Source: Candidatus Poribacteria bacterium (lineage in GTDB: Bacteria; Poribacteria; WGA-4E; PCPOR2b). From it: DNA of 64,000 nt. Location of the stretch: assembly GCA_965208675.1 (NCBI GenBank), contig OZ242351.1, positions 1,472,001 through 1,536,000 on the forward strand, in the 5' to 3' direction. This document shows, piece after piece, positions 30,366 through 41,401 of this stretch. A model generated the notes under the pieces. That model did no database searches and was not told where the DNA came from. It worked only from the letters and a program-made list of their open reading frames with translations. Position 1 is the first letter of the stretch. Each line of letters opens with the position of its first letter. The position numbers and the translations under genes were made by a program.

Positions 30366-31829
30366 TTACTTTTCCGCAATCGCGAAAAGTACATTGCGGC
30401 TGGCAATGTATAATACGCTGTCCTTTGCGACTGGAGTGGTGTAGACCGCGCTGCCCATGTTGACCTCAAAAATCAGCTCCATCTTTTTGCCGGCTTTTAG
30501 GACGGCAACATCGCCGTCTTCATCGCCGATATAGACCTTCCCGTCGGCAACAAACGGCGACCCCCAAATCGCGGCATACGTGTCATACGTCCAGTAATGT
30601 TCACCGGTGTGGGCATTCAAGCAGTACACAAATCCGCTCAAATCCGCCGTATAGAGTAAATCGCCATCAATGGCTACCGTGGACATCGTCCGGTTATAAT
30701 CTTGATTCCCATAATGCCAGACAGCGTTGCTCTCGGTGACGTCGCCTTCGCCCGTGGCGTCAATTGCCCATAGATGTCCAACGCCCTCGCCGTGTTCCGG
30801 GTCTTGACCTACACCGACGTAAATGCGGTCCGCATAAATGACGGGGGTCGATATTATGCTGTTGCGTGTGCCTCTACCGCCGAGTTCCCAAACAGAATCC
30901 TTCGGGTTGCAGTCGAATTTCCAAATCAGTTCCCCTGTTTCAGGCTCAAGCGAGTAGATCCATCCGTCACCGCCCGGCATGATAACCTGCGGTTTTCCGG
31001 CGATTACCCCGTAGGCGGGATTGGACCATTGGCCGTGAAGAATGTCCTCTCCGGGCGATGCGTCTTCCCAGACAAGTTCGCCTGTTTTTTTGTTTAGGGC
31101 GATGAAGCTAGGTGCAAACGGCGAAGGGATATGGATGTGCCCTTCATCAACACCGTTGCTGGTAATCACAAAAAGCAGGTCTCCGGCGCCAACCGGGGAA
31201 CAGGTGGCGAGGTTGTGAGGGAACACGTCGAGTTCATCCATCATGTCGTATATCCAGATTATATCGCCGTCAATGCCGCTAGCATCGGTTTCTTCCACGT
31301 AAGGGCCATCATTTTCGGCATCCAAGAATCCTTCCGTGTCGATGCAGACTACCTCGCAGCGGTTTGAGACGTAGTACAGCTTATCTCCTTCAATGTAAGG
31401 CGCTGAGCAGACGCCCTGCTGCGGCCAGTCATTGACTCTACCCGACGGGAGTTTAGTATGTGTAGATTGCCAGAGAAACTCGCCGTCCGATTCTCGGAAC
31501 GCCATGATTACGCCGCGGTCGCCGGTGAGTTTTGGATTGCGCAATCCTTGGTTGTTCGTTCCGACGAACACCTTGCCACCGATGAGAATAGGTCCCGCAT
31601 AGGTTTGCGAGCCGAGAGACGCCCTCCACTTGATGTTTAACCCGGTCTCGGGATCCCACTTTTCCGGTATATTCCGCTCGTCCGATACCAGATTTCGAGA
31701 CGGCGTGAACCCCCACATACTTGTCTCTTCAGCGCGAGCATCAAATGTAGCAAAAAGGATTATTCCAATTATAATGCGGCAAATGCTGATGTCCATTGAT
31801 TTTAAAATTCTCCTGGTGTTCATATTCAT
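30366..31829 (-). CDS. PQQ-binding-like (BamB-type) beta-propeller protein, secreted
   Basis: Signal peptide and repeated TG.lvW / STP motifs. Confidence 0.85.
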   Translation of the reverse strand: MNMNTRRILKSMDISICRIIIGIILFATFDARAEETSMWGFTPSRNLVSDERNIPEKWDPETGLNIKWRASLGSQTYAGPILIGGKVFVGTNNQGLRNPKLTGDRGVIMAFRESDGEFLWQSTHTKLPSGRVNDWPQQGVCSAPYIEGDKLYYVSNRCEVVCIDTEGFLDAENDGPYVEETDASGIDGDIIWIYDMMDELDVFPHNLATCSPVGAGDLLFVITSNGVDEGHIHIPSPFAPSFIALNKKTGELVWEDASPGEDILHGQWSNPAYGVIAGKPQVIMPGGDGWIYSLEPETGELIWKFDCNPKDSVWELGGRGTRNSIISTPVIYADRIYVGVGQDPEHGEGVGHLWAIDATGEGDVTESNAVWHYGNQDYNRTMSTVAIDGDLLYTADLSGFVYCLNAHTGEHYWTYDTYAAIWGSPFVADGKVYIGDEDGDVAVLKAGKKMELIFEVNMGSAVYTTPVAKDSVLYIASRNVLFAIAEK

Positions 31830-31994
31830 ACAACTTCGCTCAGTTGAACCTTCAAAGGTTTGCAGCAGGACAATTTATTGCCGTTTCTACATAAACCAAA
31901 ATTTTAGGTCACGGAGGTGAACCACCCGCCGCACGCGCAACAAATTGCGTTACTAAAAACGCAACTGGCTAAGTCCTATATTTTAAAAGTCCTT

Positions 31995-34160
31995 TCAATC
32001 ACTCCAAACTTTAAGATTATCGTAATAAATTTCGGCTGGGGAATACCCGTAGATTCCCGGACTTCCTTCACGATTTGGCAGCGGATCTTCTACCGTAATC
32101 GTCCAAGATTCAGGTTCCAGTTCGCCGGTTCGCCATACCTTCCCTTTTACAAATGCTTTATTATCGACAATGTCCACTTTCAACTTCATAGTATACCAGA
32201 TGTACGGTTCCCATTTGTAATCGATATGCTTCGCCATTCTAAGGTCTGAAGCCCATGAGCGGATTTGCAACCGCTGGTGGTTGCCCATGAGATCAAGGGT
32301 GTACCGGTTGGCGATTAGCCCCATGTCCGGCAGGTTGCGTTTAGGCTTGGTTCCCATCGCGTCGATTTGAACGGTGTAGCCTGCCATGGTGGGAAGGCCA
32401 ATATAGACATTGGACCGGTTCAACCCGCGCTTGACAGGAGACTTTACTAGGACTTTGTTCCCATCTTTGGAGCGGACAACATATTTAGAGCCTGCCCCAA
32501 CCCAATGCGGCGGGTTTTTCCCATCCTTAATCGACTCAAAATTTTCCGCCCAGGGTAATTCGGGAACGACTCGGACACGTGCAGCATCTTGTAAATTTCC
32601 GACTCGCGCCGACACGGTTCCGGCCTGGCCGCCCCCGTTATCATTGAGGGTTAGGACACCGTTGGAACCAATTGTGCCTATCAATCCGTTGAGTGACCAT
32701 TCCGCCGCCTCTGCGGCATAATATTTTCCGCTATCGTCGAAGGCGCGAACCGTGAACTGAACTGTTTTTCCCGGTTGGCTCAATACGTCTGCAGGGACGA
32801 TTTTGATTGAATTGACCGCTTTCGCACCGAGACAGTAAAGCCCTTCCTCCGTTGTGAAATAGATGCGGCCGTTGGCAATCGCTGGCGATCCATAGATTTC
32901 TGCGTAATGCCCCGGCTCTCTTTCAATCTGCTTTGTGTCGAGGGATTGGCAGGCATCTCCGCTTGGACGCAGAATATGAAAGTGTCCGTTCACCTCGGTA
33001 ACATATATCTTCCCGTCCGCCCAAACGGGCGAACCTTTGCCAACGGTGCCAAGGCTGTGTTGCCAGTGTACGGCACCAGTTTCGGCGTCAAGGCTATGCA
33101 AATTCGCCGAATTGTCCACGACATAAAGCCTCCCATCGTGTATTGCCGGAGAGGTATAACCGACCTGACACTCGTCAAAACGCCAGATTTCATGCGTTGC
33201 TGTAACATCCCCGGTGCCAGTGGCGTCAATGCAAACGACGCGCCCCATTGCCGTGCTGTCGACATTCTCTTCGCCCTGACATGCGTAGACTTTTGTGCCG
33301 TCTACCACGACTGAACTCTGGATGCCGCGTCTGCTCAATTTAAAGCCCCACACAGTCTCGCCAGTGCGGACGTCCATTGCATAGACAGATCCATCCGCGT
33401 TGCCCGCTATCAAGTGGAGTTGTCCTTTAATCGCCGCAACAACAGGTGTGGAGTAGGTAGTATCCAGCGGCCGGCCGCCTGGCGCCACCGCCCACACAAC
33501 ATCGCCTGTGTTCTTGTCAAAAGCGAAATAGCGGTGTCTCGGCACAACATGACTGCCCCAGCTTGTGTTGAGGAAGCTGATGATAACGAGATTGCCGGTC
33601 ACAACCGGAGTATGAATACGCCCGCCATAACCGGAAATCCGTCCGAATTCTTCGGTCAATGAACGTGACCAGACAATCTCACCGTTTCCAGTAAAACAGA
33701 GGAATATACCACTTATGGTATGGGCATAAATATTACCGGTATTCGTGTCGCCAGCCAAACTCGCCCAACCGAGGCGGTTAAACGGGATAGTGCTGTGAAA
33801 AACGTTGATTCGATGTTCCCAAAGCAGTTTCCCGGTTTCGGCGTCAAAGCAGGCGACTTGCTCTTGTTCGGTGATGTCCTGTCCGACTCGCCCGATAACA
33901 TACACTCTACCATTGAGGACAATCGGTGTGGAACGACCGATAAAATCGGCTTTCCACATCAGGTTTTCTCCGTCCTGAGACCAATTTGAGATGAGTCCCG
34001 TTTCGTGAGACACACCGTTTTGGTTTGGGCCGCGCCAACCTGGCCAGTTCCATTCAGCAGCCCAGGCATCAGTAGGAAATTGAGCTAAAATGCCCCCATG
34101 CAAAATGAGCAGCAGATACAGAAGAAAATATACGGTTCTACGAATCATCTTATAACACAT
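31995..34160 (-). CDS. PQQ-binding-like beta-propeller protein with Ig-like and C-terminal lectin-like domains
   Basis: WPGWRGPNQNG N-terminus, D..TG..lW repeats, C-terminal beta-sandwich ending YYDNLKV. Confidence 0.85.
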   Translation of the reverse strand: MCYKMIRRTVYFLLYLLLILHGGILAQFPTDAWAAEWNWPGWRGPNQNGVSHETGLISNWSQDGENLMWKADFIGRSTPIVLNGRVYVIGRVGQDITEQEQVACFDAETGKLLWEHRINVFHSTIPFNRLGWASLAGDTNTGNIYAHTISGIFLCFTGNGEIVWSRSLTEEFGRISGYGGRIHTPVVTGNLVIISFLNTSWGSHVVPRHRYFAFDKNTGDVVWAVAPGGRPLDTTYSTPVVAAIKGQLHLIAGNADGSVYAMDVRTGETVWGFKLSRRGIQSSVVVDGTKVYACQGEENVDSTAMGRVVCIDATGTGDVTATHEIWRFDECQVGYTSPAIHDGRLYVVDNSANLHSLDAETGAVHWQHSLGTVGKGSPVWADGKIYVTEVNGHFHILRPSGDACQSLDTKQIEREPGHYAEIYGSPAIANGRIYFTTEEGLYCLGAKAVNSIKIVPADVLSQPGKTVQFTVRAFDDSGKYYAAEAAEWSLNGLIGTIGSNGVLTLNDNGGGQAGTVSARVGNLQDAARVRVVPELPWAENFESIKDGKNPPHWVGAGSKYVVRSKDGNKVLVKSPVKRGLNRSNVYIGLPTMAGYTVQIDAMGTKPKRNLPDMGLIANRYTLDLMGNHQRLQIRSWASDLRMAKHIDYKWEPYIWYTMKLKVDIVDNKAFVKGKVWRTGELEPESWTITVEDPLPNREGSPGIYGYSPAEIYYDNLKVWSD

Positions 34161-34171
34161 TTACAACCCCG

Positions 34172-35248
34172 TTACGGTTTATCAATCGTCACGATTTCTC
34201 CGGTCTTGATAGATTCTGTTTCTTTATGGCAGAGTAGGAGGGCGTCTCTAGCACTAACCCCTGAAAGAATTGCGGATTCACAGCCTTCGACGATTGCGTC
34301 AACTGCAGACTGTATCTCTTGGGTAAAAGCATCAACGGGATCTGTTTCGCCGAGATCGACGCTGTGAACGTTTCCATCGTCACTCAACAGGGTCAACGGC
34401 GTCGAGGTGACCGGCTCCCCGCCAAGCGTGGCAAACTCATACAGCAGCGTCGCATTTTCCAGATAAAGCTCAAAGCCGTGTGAGAAGGCACGCCCCTCCT
34501 GAGATACTGCGCCCGATGAGCAACTGATCGCAAGCGCTCTGTCGTCGTATATGTATTGGGTTGTGAGGTATTGGGCAAAGCCGCCCCCGGCAAGCGTGCC
34601 TTGTGAGAACACTGCGTCGGGCGTCCCGCAAAGCAGTTGAATATAATGGGTGTCGTGAATGTGAAGGTCTATACCGGGACCGCCGCTCTTTTCTAAATCT
34701 ACAAAATCATCAGACCAGTTCGGCTCGGAAATGACGCGTTTGAAATGTCCGCCAATCAGATTCCCGTGTTCGCCGCTTTCAACGATGTCTTTTGCGTATG
34801 CGAACTCCGCGAAGAATGGCAGGATATGCGCTACCATGAAGCACCGCCCACTGCGTTCTGCAATCTGAACCATTTCGTTAGCATCGTCAAGCCTAACGGA
34901 GATAGGTTTTTCGACAAGCACGTGCTTTCCGGCTTCCAACGCGGCGATACTTACGGCTTTATGCAGATGGGTTGGCAGGCAGACGTCAATTAAATCAACG
35001 TCCGGATCAGCCAAGAGATTGTCAATCGCATCATACTTGCGTATGGGCGAGAGGTCCTCAAAACCGCCGCGGGGTCCAAAGTTCCCCTGTATACCGGTCC
35101 AATCCCCTTCGCGTTTTTTCTGGTCTCGTGTGCAGATTGCGACGACTTCACCGCCCGAGACTTTTTTGGATGCGTAATAGTGAATGGATCCCATAAAGCC
35201 GATGCCAACAATCCCGATTTTTACCACTGCATTTCCCTCACGCTTCAA
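34172..35248 (-). CDS. Gfo/Idh/MocA-family oxidoreductase
   Basis: GIGFMG, HVLVEKP, DLHIHD. Confidence 0.93.
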   Translation of the reverse strand: MKREGNAVVKIGIVGIGFMGSIHYYASKKVSGGEVVAICTRDQKKREGDWTGIQGNFGPRGGFEDLSPIRKYDAIDNLLADPDVDLIDVCLPTHLHKAVSIAALEAGKHVLVEKPISVRLDDANEMVQIAERSGRCFMVAHILPFFAEFAYAKDIVESGEHGNLIGGHFKRVISEPNWSDDFVDLEKSGGPGIDLHIHDTHYIQLLCGTPDAVFSQGTLAGGGFAQYLTTQYIYDDRALAISCSSGAVSQEGRAFSHGFELYLENATLLYEFATLGGEPVTSTPLTLLSDDGNVHSVDLGETDPVDAFTQEIQSAVDAIVEGCESAILSGVSARDALLLCHKETESIKTGEIVTIDKP

Positions 35249-35267
35249 ATCATGCGGCTCGTTTATT

Positions 35268-36050
35268 TTACCGCAAAACCTTCACGCACTCCTCATGAAT
35301 TTTTCCATTTGTGGCAAGGAACGGCATTGGTTCGCCGCGATAGGCGGACGCATCGGGTGCCAATGGGAAACACAATTCACCGGATGGGTGCGTCATAACA
35401 CCGCCCGCCTCTTCCAAAATGACCGTTGGCGCTGCGATATCCCAGAGTTTGGTGTTGGTATCGAAACTGCCATCAAAGTCGCCTGCCGCAACGGCACAGA
35501 TATGAAGCGCCGCCGATCCAAGGCTTCTGCCCTTAAAGGGCTTTTGCACAAAGCCGTTAGGCGAAGCGATGACATCTGACGAATAACCAAACAGACCGAT
35601 CGCGTCTAATTTTTCGCGGTTATTGACATGAATTGGGACTCCATTCAGGGTTGCGCCGTTGTTTTTTGCCGCGCTATACATGCGATCCGCAGTCGGGTCA
35701 AATACAACACCAAGCATCGGAACCCCTTTCTGCAAGAGCGCAATAACGACCGCGAAGATTGGGAAACTTGCGGCGTAATTGGTGGTGCCGTCCAGCGGAT
35801 CTGTCACCCAACAGTTGTCGGATTTCGCCGACGACATGCCAAATTCCTCACCGTATACGGCGTGATTCGGGAATTCAGATTGGAGCCGTTCAGCAATCAA
35901 TATCTCCGATGCTTTATCGGCTTCGGTAACGATATCGCCGATGCCTTTGTAAGTAATCCGGCGAATCTTACCGAAGTATTCCATCAGGACGCTGCCCGCT
36001 TCACGGGCAATGTCTTCGACAGTTGGTAAAACCACCGCCGGCTCATTCAT
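35268..36050 (-). CDS. Inositol monophosphatase family protein
   Basis: VTEAD, GEE, DPLDGTTNY, WDIAA. Confidence 0.94.
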   Translation of the reverse strand: MNEPAVVLPTVEDIAREAGSVLMEYFGKIRRITYKGIGDIVTEADKASEILIAERLQSEFPNHAVYGEEFGMSSAKSDNCWVTDPLDGTTNYAASFPIFAVVIALLQKGVPMLGVVFDPTADRMYSAAKNNGATLNGVPIHVNNREKLDAIGLFGYSSDVIASPNGFVQKPFKGRSLGSAALHICAVAAGDFDGSFDTNTKLWDIAAPTVILEEAGGVMTHPSGELCFPLAPDASAYRGEPMPFLATNGKIHEECVKVLR

Positions 36051-36172
36051 TTCGTCTGTTGTTCCTTCCAGTTGCGGTTCGCAGTCTTCATTGCATCGCC
36101 CACCTCATCGCTACCCAAAGTGTAAAAAATTGCACTTCGGACGGTAGGATTTCAAATTTCTCAAGCAATTCA

Positions 36173-36233
36173 TAAAAAACGGGTTAAGGAGGAGATAGGC
36201 TAATCCCACCAACCATTCTGCTCCTCAACCCGT
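36173..36233 (-). terminator. Probable intrinsic terminator downstream of the TPR gene
   Basis: acgggttaaggag / ctcctcaacccgt inverted repeat followed by a T-run on the minus strand. The loop is long. Confidence 0.5.
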
Positions 36234-36283
36234 AACCATAAACTTTCGAAGTTAGTGAATGAGAACCGTGCCAAGTCAAAACC

Positions 36284-38233
36284 TCATTCCGACTTTTGAT
36301 TTGTGGTTTCTGTTTCATTAATCTTCATTTTCAATTCGTTCAGCCTGCGTCGGACTTCCTGATTGTACCGGTTGATTTCCAGAAACTCTTCCCATAGCGC
36401 AAGAGCCTCATCCGCATAACCTTGAGAGATGTAATACTCGCCTAAAGCAATATGGGCTACATCGGCATGGGGATCTTTTTCGATTGATTCCTTAAAAGCT
36501 GCCACTGCAGCGTCAGCCTCTCCTTCGAGCAGAGCAAGCTGCCCCCGCCCGTAGGCAATTAATGCGTGTTCGGGATATTCGGCTGCAAGTGTATCAATTG
36601 ATTCCTTAGCCCTATCAGCCATGCCATCCTTGTGAGCCGCCATTGCTGCATGAATTTTGGCATCAATTATTTGAACGTCAAGCTGGTGTAGTTCCGTATT
36701 ACTCTCTGTATTTTGCTTCTGCCGTGCGGCGATCCGCGCGGCGGCTTCGTATTTGGTTTTCGCCCGTGTGTAGTTTCCATATTTATAGCAGACATCTCCA
36801 AGCTCCTTCTCGCCGAGGTAAGTGTTGCCTTTTGCATCAACAAGATCCTGGAAAATTCCCGCCCGCTTACTCTGATTTAACTGATAGTAAAGCACCTCGG
36901 CAAGGCTCTGCAGTGCATCGGTGGAATCCGTTTTCGCTGCGACAGCGCGTTCAAAAGACTCCATGGCTTTATGAGGGTCGCCCATTTTTTTGAATGCGAG
37001 TCCCATCCTCCAGTAAATCTCTGAATCCCTGAACTGATTGAAGCCGACGACGGTTTGGTATGTCTCGATGGCTTTTTCGTATTCATCATTGGCATACTGA
37101 TTCTCACCGGTTTTTATTATGGCTTCAATAACTTCTCGATTGCTCCTTACCGCCTTGTTTAATACTTCTTGAGCGCGCTGATGCATTCCAAGTTTGCGGT
37201 AGCAGATTGATAAGCTGAGATAACTATATGGACTAATTTTCGCTTCGGCTGCATTTGCGAGTTGGATTGCACGGAAGTACAGTGCCCCGGCGTCCCGATA
37301 ACCTTCGTCCTGAAAAAGCATGTTGGCAACCATTAGCATTGCATCATAATAAGTACCTTGTCCGTCCATTGAAAATTGAAAACTTCTCATAATTTTTTCA
37401 CCGCTGACGCCAAATCCGGAGTTTGCCTCTGGTGCGGCGCCCATCGCCCGGCTGCGTTCAGCACCCGGCGGACGGTCGCGTTCCAGGCGTTTCTCCCGCC
37501 TAGCGAGACTCCGTCCGGCTTGCGATGCTAATGGATCTTCAGGTTTTGGGATAGTCGCACCCATCAATTTTAATTCTCGTTTGGCTTCGCTAATGGACGC
37601 ATCAGTGCCTTCGACCTTGCCATACTTTTTCACAAGGGATTGATATGTTCGTTTGGCTTCCGAGCTATCCTTGAGCTGGTCTTTCTGGATCTGACCTTTC
37701 CTCACGAGTGCTTGCGCCGCACGGTCACTCTTAGGGTATCGGTTGGCGAAGTTGCCATAGATTTCCGCGGCTTGCTCATAGTTTTTGGCTTCCTCATAAC
37801 TCTTTGCCAACAGCAGTTGAGCGTTACTACTCAACTCATGTTCCGAAAAATTGTTTATGATTGTGTCGAAGAATCCCCTCGCGGATTCATATTCCTTAGA
37901 TTTCAAATAGTGGACTCCAAGCCGATAGTTCGCTGACGCAGCCTCATCGCTGTCGGGCGCCGCAGCGATTATTGCCTGGTACGTTTCCACACCTCTCTCA
38001 GGCTGGTTCATCGTTTCAATATAAAGCTTGCCTACGGCCAATTGCGCCTGCCGAGCGATTGGCGTGCCCGGATTAGACGCGACCAGCGCTTCGGCTACTT
38101 CAATGGCGCCGTGATAATCTTTCTCATCAATCAGCTTCTCAACTTCCCCGGTGCCCTTGCCGGAAATACAGCTATATTGGGCAAGAACCATCACAGTTGC
38201 TAATACGAATGCGCAAAATCTGCTATATTTCAT
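36284..38233 (-). CDS. Tetratricopeptide-repeat (BamD/CpoB-like) putative lipoprotein
   Basis: Signal peptide with a Cys, multiple TPR motifs including YPKSDRAAQAL. Confidence 0.85.
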   Translation of the reverse strand: MKYSRFCAFVLATVMVLAQYSCISGKGTGEVEKLIDEKDYHGAIEVAEALVASNPGTPIARQAQLAVGKLYIETMNQPERGVETYQAIIAAAPDSDEAASANYRLGVHYLKSKEYESARGFFDTIINNFSEHELSSNAQLLLAKSYEEAKNYEQAAEIYGNFANRYPKSDRAAQALVRKGQIQKDQLKDSSEAKRTYQSLVKKYGKVEGTDASISEAKRELKLMGATIPKPEDPLASQAGRSLARREKRLERDRPPGAERSRAMGAAPEANSGFGVSGEKIMRSFQFSMDGQGTYYDAMLMVANMLFQDEGYRDAGALYFRAIQLANAAEAKISPYSYLSLSICYRKLGMHQRAQEVLNKAVRSNREVIEAIIKTGENQYANDEYEKAIETYQTVVGFNQFRDSEIYWRMGLAFKKMGDPHKAMESFERAVAAKTDSTDALQSLAEVLYYQLNQSKRAGIFQDLVDAKGNTYLGEKELGDVCYKYGNYTRAKTKYEAAARIAARQKQNTESNTELHQLDVQIIDAKIHAAMAAHKDGMADRAKESIDTLAAEYPEHALIAYGRGQLALLEGEADAAVAAFKESIEKDPHADVAHIALGEYYISQGYADEALALWEEFLEINRYNQEVRRRLNELKMKINETETTNQKSE

Positions 38234-38341
38234 TGTTCGTCCTCCTCATCTTGTAATCCTTCGATAAAGTTTTTGGGCAGACCTGTCGGTTTTCAGATTT
38301 TCAACTGAATAGCAGTTATGAATTCAATGGTGTCCATGTGT

Positions 38342-39475
38342 TTAATACATATTGCTTAGTGCGCTCGCTTCAATGAGGTCATGCAGAAATTTACGGCTGT
38401 AGCCTTCATTTTCAATCAGGGCATCGCAATCCACGGTATTCCATTCGTAGGGACCCATGCCTGTCTCCAGAATCGAATTGGTGAGCCAACTTGTGCGAAT
38501 CCCGTTAATACCCGAGGTGTAGTTTGTATCGTATTGACCTTTAGCCAAGCCAACAATCTGATCAACCTTGCAATGGGGATATCCCTCTGGACGCTGATAT
38601 GTTAGTGGCTGCGGCTCGCCGCCCTTTGGGATAAAGCGGATGCCGTCTTTAATCTCAAGAACTCCCTCGCTGCCTTCAAGGATTATCCATTCCTTGAAGC
38701 CAATTTGGGTATTGCCAACGATTGTAATTTTTCCGCTCGACCCATCCTCCATTGTGACGTCTGAGTATGAATTTACTTCGACAGCTTTCATTGAGACATT
38801 CCCATCTTTGTCTTCACTCTTTTTGTCCGTTGTACCGTGCACTTGCATTGGCAATAAGCCTGTCATCCAGAGGAAAATATCCTGCATATGGCTTCCGGAG
38901 TCATTCGGCTGCCCTCCGCCGGAGAAACGCGCATCCCCCCGCCATCCGCTGCCGGGCCAATGTTGCGCTAAGTAGACATCAAATTTTTCCAGTTTGCCGA
39001 TTATGCCGTCCGAACACGCCTTTCTGCCAGTCACATAGATATCTTCATAATGCCGTTGATATCCGACGACGAGATGCAAACCCCGCCCCATGGCAATCTT
39101 GGTCATTGTAATTGCATCTCCAACAATGTTCGCCATCGGTTTTTCCACGATTACGTGACACCCGGCGCGTAAAGCAAATTTGGAATGGATATCGTGCAAC
39201 GAGTGGGGCGAGAAAACGCCGACAATATCGAGATCCTCTTTGTCCAGCATCTCAATGAATTCATATTCGCCGACGTAACGTTTGAAACTATTTTCTTTGT
39301 AGTTTTCAACGTGTTCGCGGAGGGCATTTTCCAGAGTGTCAATACTTCGTTCACTGTTGTCAGCTACCGCGGCAATCTCAACATCCTCCCGCGCAGCAAA
39401 CGCTAACGTGTTTCCGCGCCCAGCTCCACCGGGACCTATCACACCGACTCTAACGATGCTGTTCTTACTCGCCAT
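38342..39475 (-). CDS. Gfo/Idh/MocA-family oxidoreductase
   Basis: GPGGAG, HVIVEKP, DSGSH. Confidence 0.9.
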   Translation of the reverse strand: MASKNSIVRVGVIGPGGAGRGNTLAFAAREDVEIAAVADNSERSIDTLENALREHVENYKENSFKRYVGEYEFIEMLDKEDLDIVGVFSPHSLHDIHSKFALRAGCHVIVEKPMANIVGDAITMTKIAMGRGLHLVVGYQRHYEDIYVTGRKACSDGIIGKLEKFDVYLAQHWPGSGWRGDARFSGGGQPNDSGSHMQDIFLWMTGLLPMQVHGTTDKKSEDKDGNVSMKAVEVNSYSDVTMEDGSSGKITIVGNTQIGFKEWIILEGSEGVLEIKDGIRFIPKGGEPQPLTYQRPEGYPHCKVDQIVGLAKGQYDTNYTSGINGIRTSWLTNSILETGMGPYEWNTVDCDALIENEGYSRKFLHDLIEASALSNMY

Positions 39476-39592
39476 AACAAGAATGGCTCCTATCCTTATG
39501 AAGAATGGTTAACTTAGACTTCGATATTCCCGCCGTGAATGCGGCAGCGTTGACGGTTTGGGATTCTATTGTTGCGAAAGGTTAGTTTTCGC

Positions 39593-40468
39593 TTAGACGC
39601 CTAATTGTCTGAGAACATCCTTCGTCGAAACCATATGTTTGGCGACCCCTAGTTCCTTTGGCGCCAAACCGAGCGCGAGGCCAATCATCTGCGGAAGGTG
39701 GAAAACTGGCACATCGAGCTTGCGTCCGACCACCTTGCTGACGGAAGGCTGTTGGAGGTCGAGATTCATGTGGCAGAGCGGACAAGGCGTCACCATGCAG
39801 TCGGCGCCTTTGTCCTTCGCCTCGCCAATGTGCTTTCCCGCCATTTTGAACGCGGCTTCCTCGTTCTCCAAGTTTATGGGGAACCCGCAGCATCGCGTTT
39901 TCCCGTAGTAATCCACAGGCGTTGCACCCACCGCTTCAATCACGCGTTCCAATGAGGTTGGATTGTCCGGGTTGTCAATTCCCATAACATCCGCAGGCCG
40001 AAGGATGTAACAGCCGTAGAACGGTGCGACGCGCAAACCTGTTAACGGCTGTTTAACCATGCTGCGTAAATTTTCTGTACCGACCTCCTTGATTAGGACG
40101 TACAGAAGGTGCGTTACATCCACACTCCCGTGATATTCGTGCCCACCATTTTTGAGAACTTCGTTGACTTCTGCACGATAGCCTTCATCCTCGGACAGCT
40201 TTTTATTGCTTTTGCGCAGACAGCCGATACATGTCGAACAGACCGTCATTAGCGGCAAGTCTAACTCCTCGGCGAGCGCAAGGGTCTTGGCATTGTACGT
40301 ATCGGCTAGCACCGGATTCTGTGCTTGCAGGACTCCCGCGCCACTGCAAGGCGCACCGGTAAGTTCAATCAACTCTATGCCAAGCAGAGGCGCAATCTTA
40401 TGGGTGGACTGGTTCAGTTCAGGACAGTTTCCCTTGGCAACACATCCGGGAAAGTAGGCAACTCTCAT
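39593..40468 (-). CDS. HdrB-like CCG-domain protein (SdhE-type membrane anchor of non-classical succinate dehydrogenase)
   Basis: YFPGC, CSTC, FYGC, RCCG, CPLC motifs, located in the sdh cluster. Confidence 0.88.
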   Translation of the reverse strand: MRVAYFPGCVAKGNCPELNQSTHKIAPLLGIELIELTGAPCSGAGVLQAQNPVLADTYNAKTLALAEELDLPLMTVCSTCIGCLRKSNKKLSEDEGYRAEVNEVLKNGGHEYHGSVDVTHLLYVLIKEVGTENLRSMVKQPLTGLRVAPFYGCYILRPADVMGIDNPDNPTSLERVIEAVGATPVDYYGKTRCCGFPINLENEEAAFKMAGKHIGEAKDKGADCMVTPCPLCHMNLDLQQPSVSKVVGRKLDVPVFHLPQMIGLALGLAPKELGVAKHMVSTKDVLRQLGV

Positions 40469-40597
40469 TCACTCCTCCTGTATCAATTCTGAAGGGTCAT
40501 AATTTGGTGCATGTTCCATTCTCGCTAGCAGACAAGCGTTTAATCTCGGCGCCGCACCGGCATTTATTGGCTGCGTACGTTTAAATTGGTTGAAACA

Positions 40598-41347
40598 TTA
40601 ACTGACTATGGCTTTGAGGTATTCCCGCCTCATCGCGGCAATGTTTGAGATTGAAATCTCTTTAGGGCAGACGGCTTCGCATTCCGCATGGTTGGAACAA
40701 TCTCCGAATCCTTCATTGTCCATCTGTTCAACCATATTGAGCGCGCGCCGTTTTCTCTCCGGTTTTCCCTGCGATAACAGCGCGAATTGTGTAATTCTCG
40801 CCCCTACAAACAGCGACGCAGATGCGTTCGGACACGCTGCGACGCACGCCCCGCAACCGATACACACAGCGGCGTCCATTGCTTGGTCCGCATCATCTTT
40901 AGGTATCGGCAATGCATTTGCATCGGGCGCCTCACCGACGTTTACGGAGATATACCCCCCGGCACCCATGATTCTATCGAAAGCGCTGCGATCCACAACC
41001 AAATCTTTAATGACTGGAAACGCCGTCGCACGCCAAGGTTCGATGGTAATGGTATCGCCGTCGCTGTATTCACGCATGTGAACTTGGCAGGCGGCGGTTG
41101 CACGCCTCGGCCCGTGAGCCACGCCATTTATCACAAACCCGCACATACCGCAGATACCTTCGCGGCAGTCGTTGTCAAATTCAATCGCCTCTTCGCCTTT
41201 TTTGATGAGATCTTCATTCAGCAAATCAAGCATTTCAAGAAACGACATATCGGGGGAGGCATTACTGATAGTGTAAGGTACCATCTTACCCGCATTGCCA
41301 GCGTCTTTTTGCCGCCAAATGAGCAAATTTAACGTCATGTTTCTCAT
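40598..41347 (-). CDS. sdhB: Succinate dehydrogenase/fumarate reductase Fe-S subunit (Bacteroidetes-like type)
   Basis: [36 protein letters not shown]. Confidence 0.92.
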   Translation of the reverse strand: MRNMTLNLLIWRQKDAGNAGKMVPYTISNASPDMSFLEMLDLLNEDLIKKGEEAIEFDNDCREGICGMCGFVINGVAHGPRRATAACQVHMREYSDGDTITIEPWRATAFPVIKDLVVDRSAFDRIMGAGGYISVNVGEAPDANALPIPKDDADQAMDAAVCIGCGACVAACPNASASLFVGARITQFALLSQGKPERKRRALNMVEQMDNEGFGDCSNHAECEAVCPKEISISNIAAMRREYLKAIVS

Positions 41348-41401
41348 TATAGTTATAATAGTTATATTTGATTATTCAGAAATTGGCGTTCACGCCATCA
41401 C

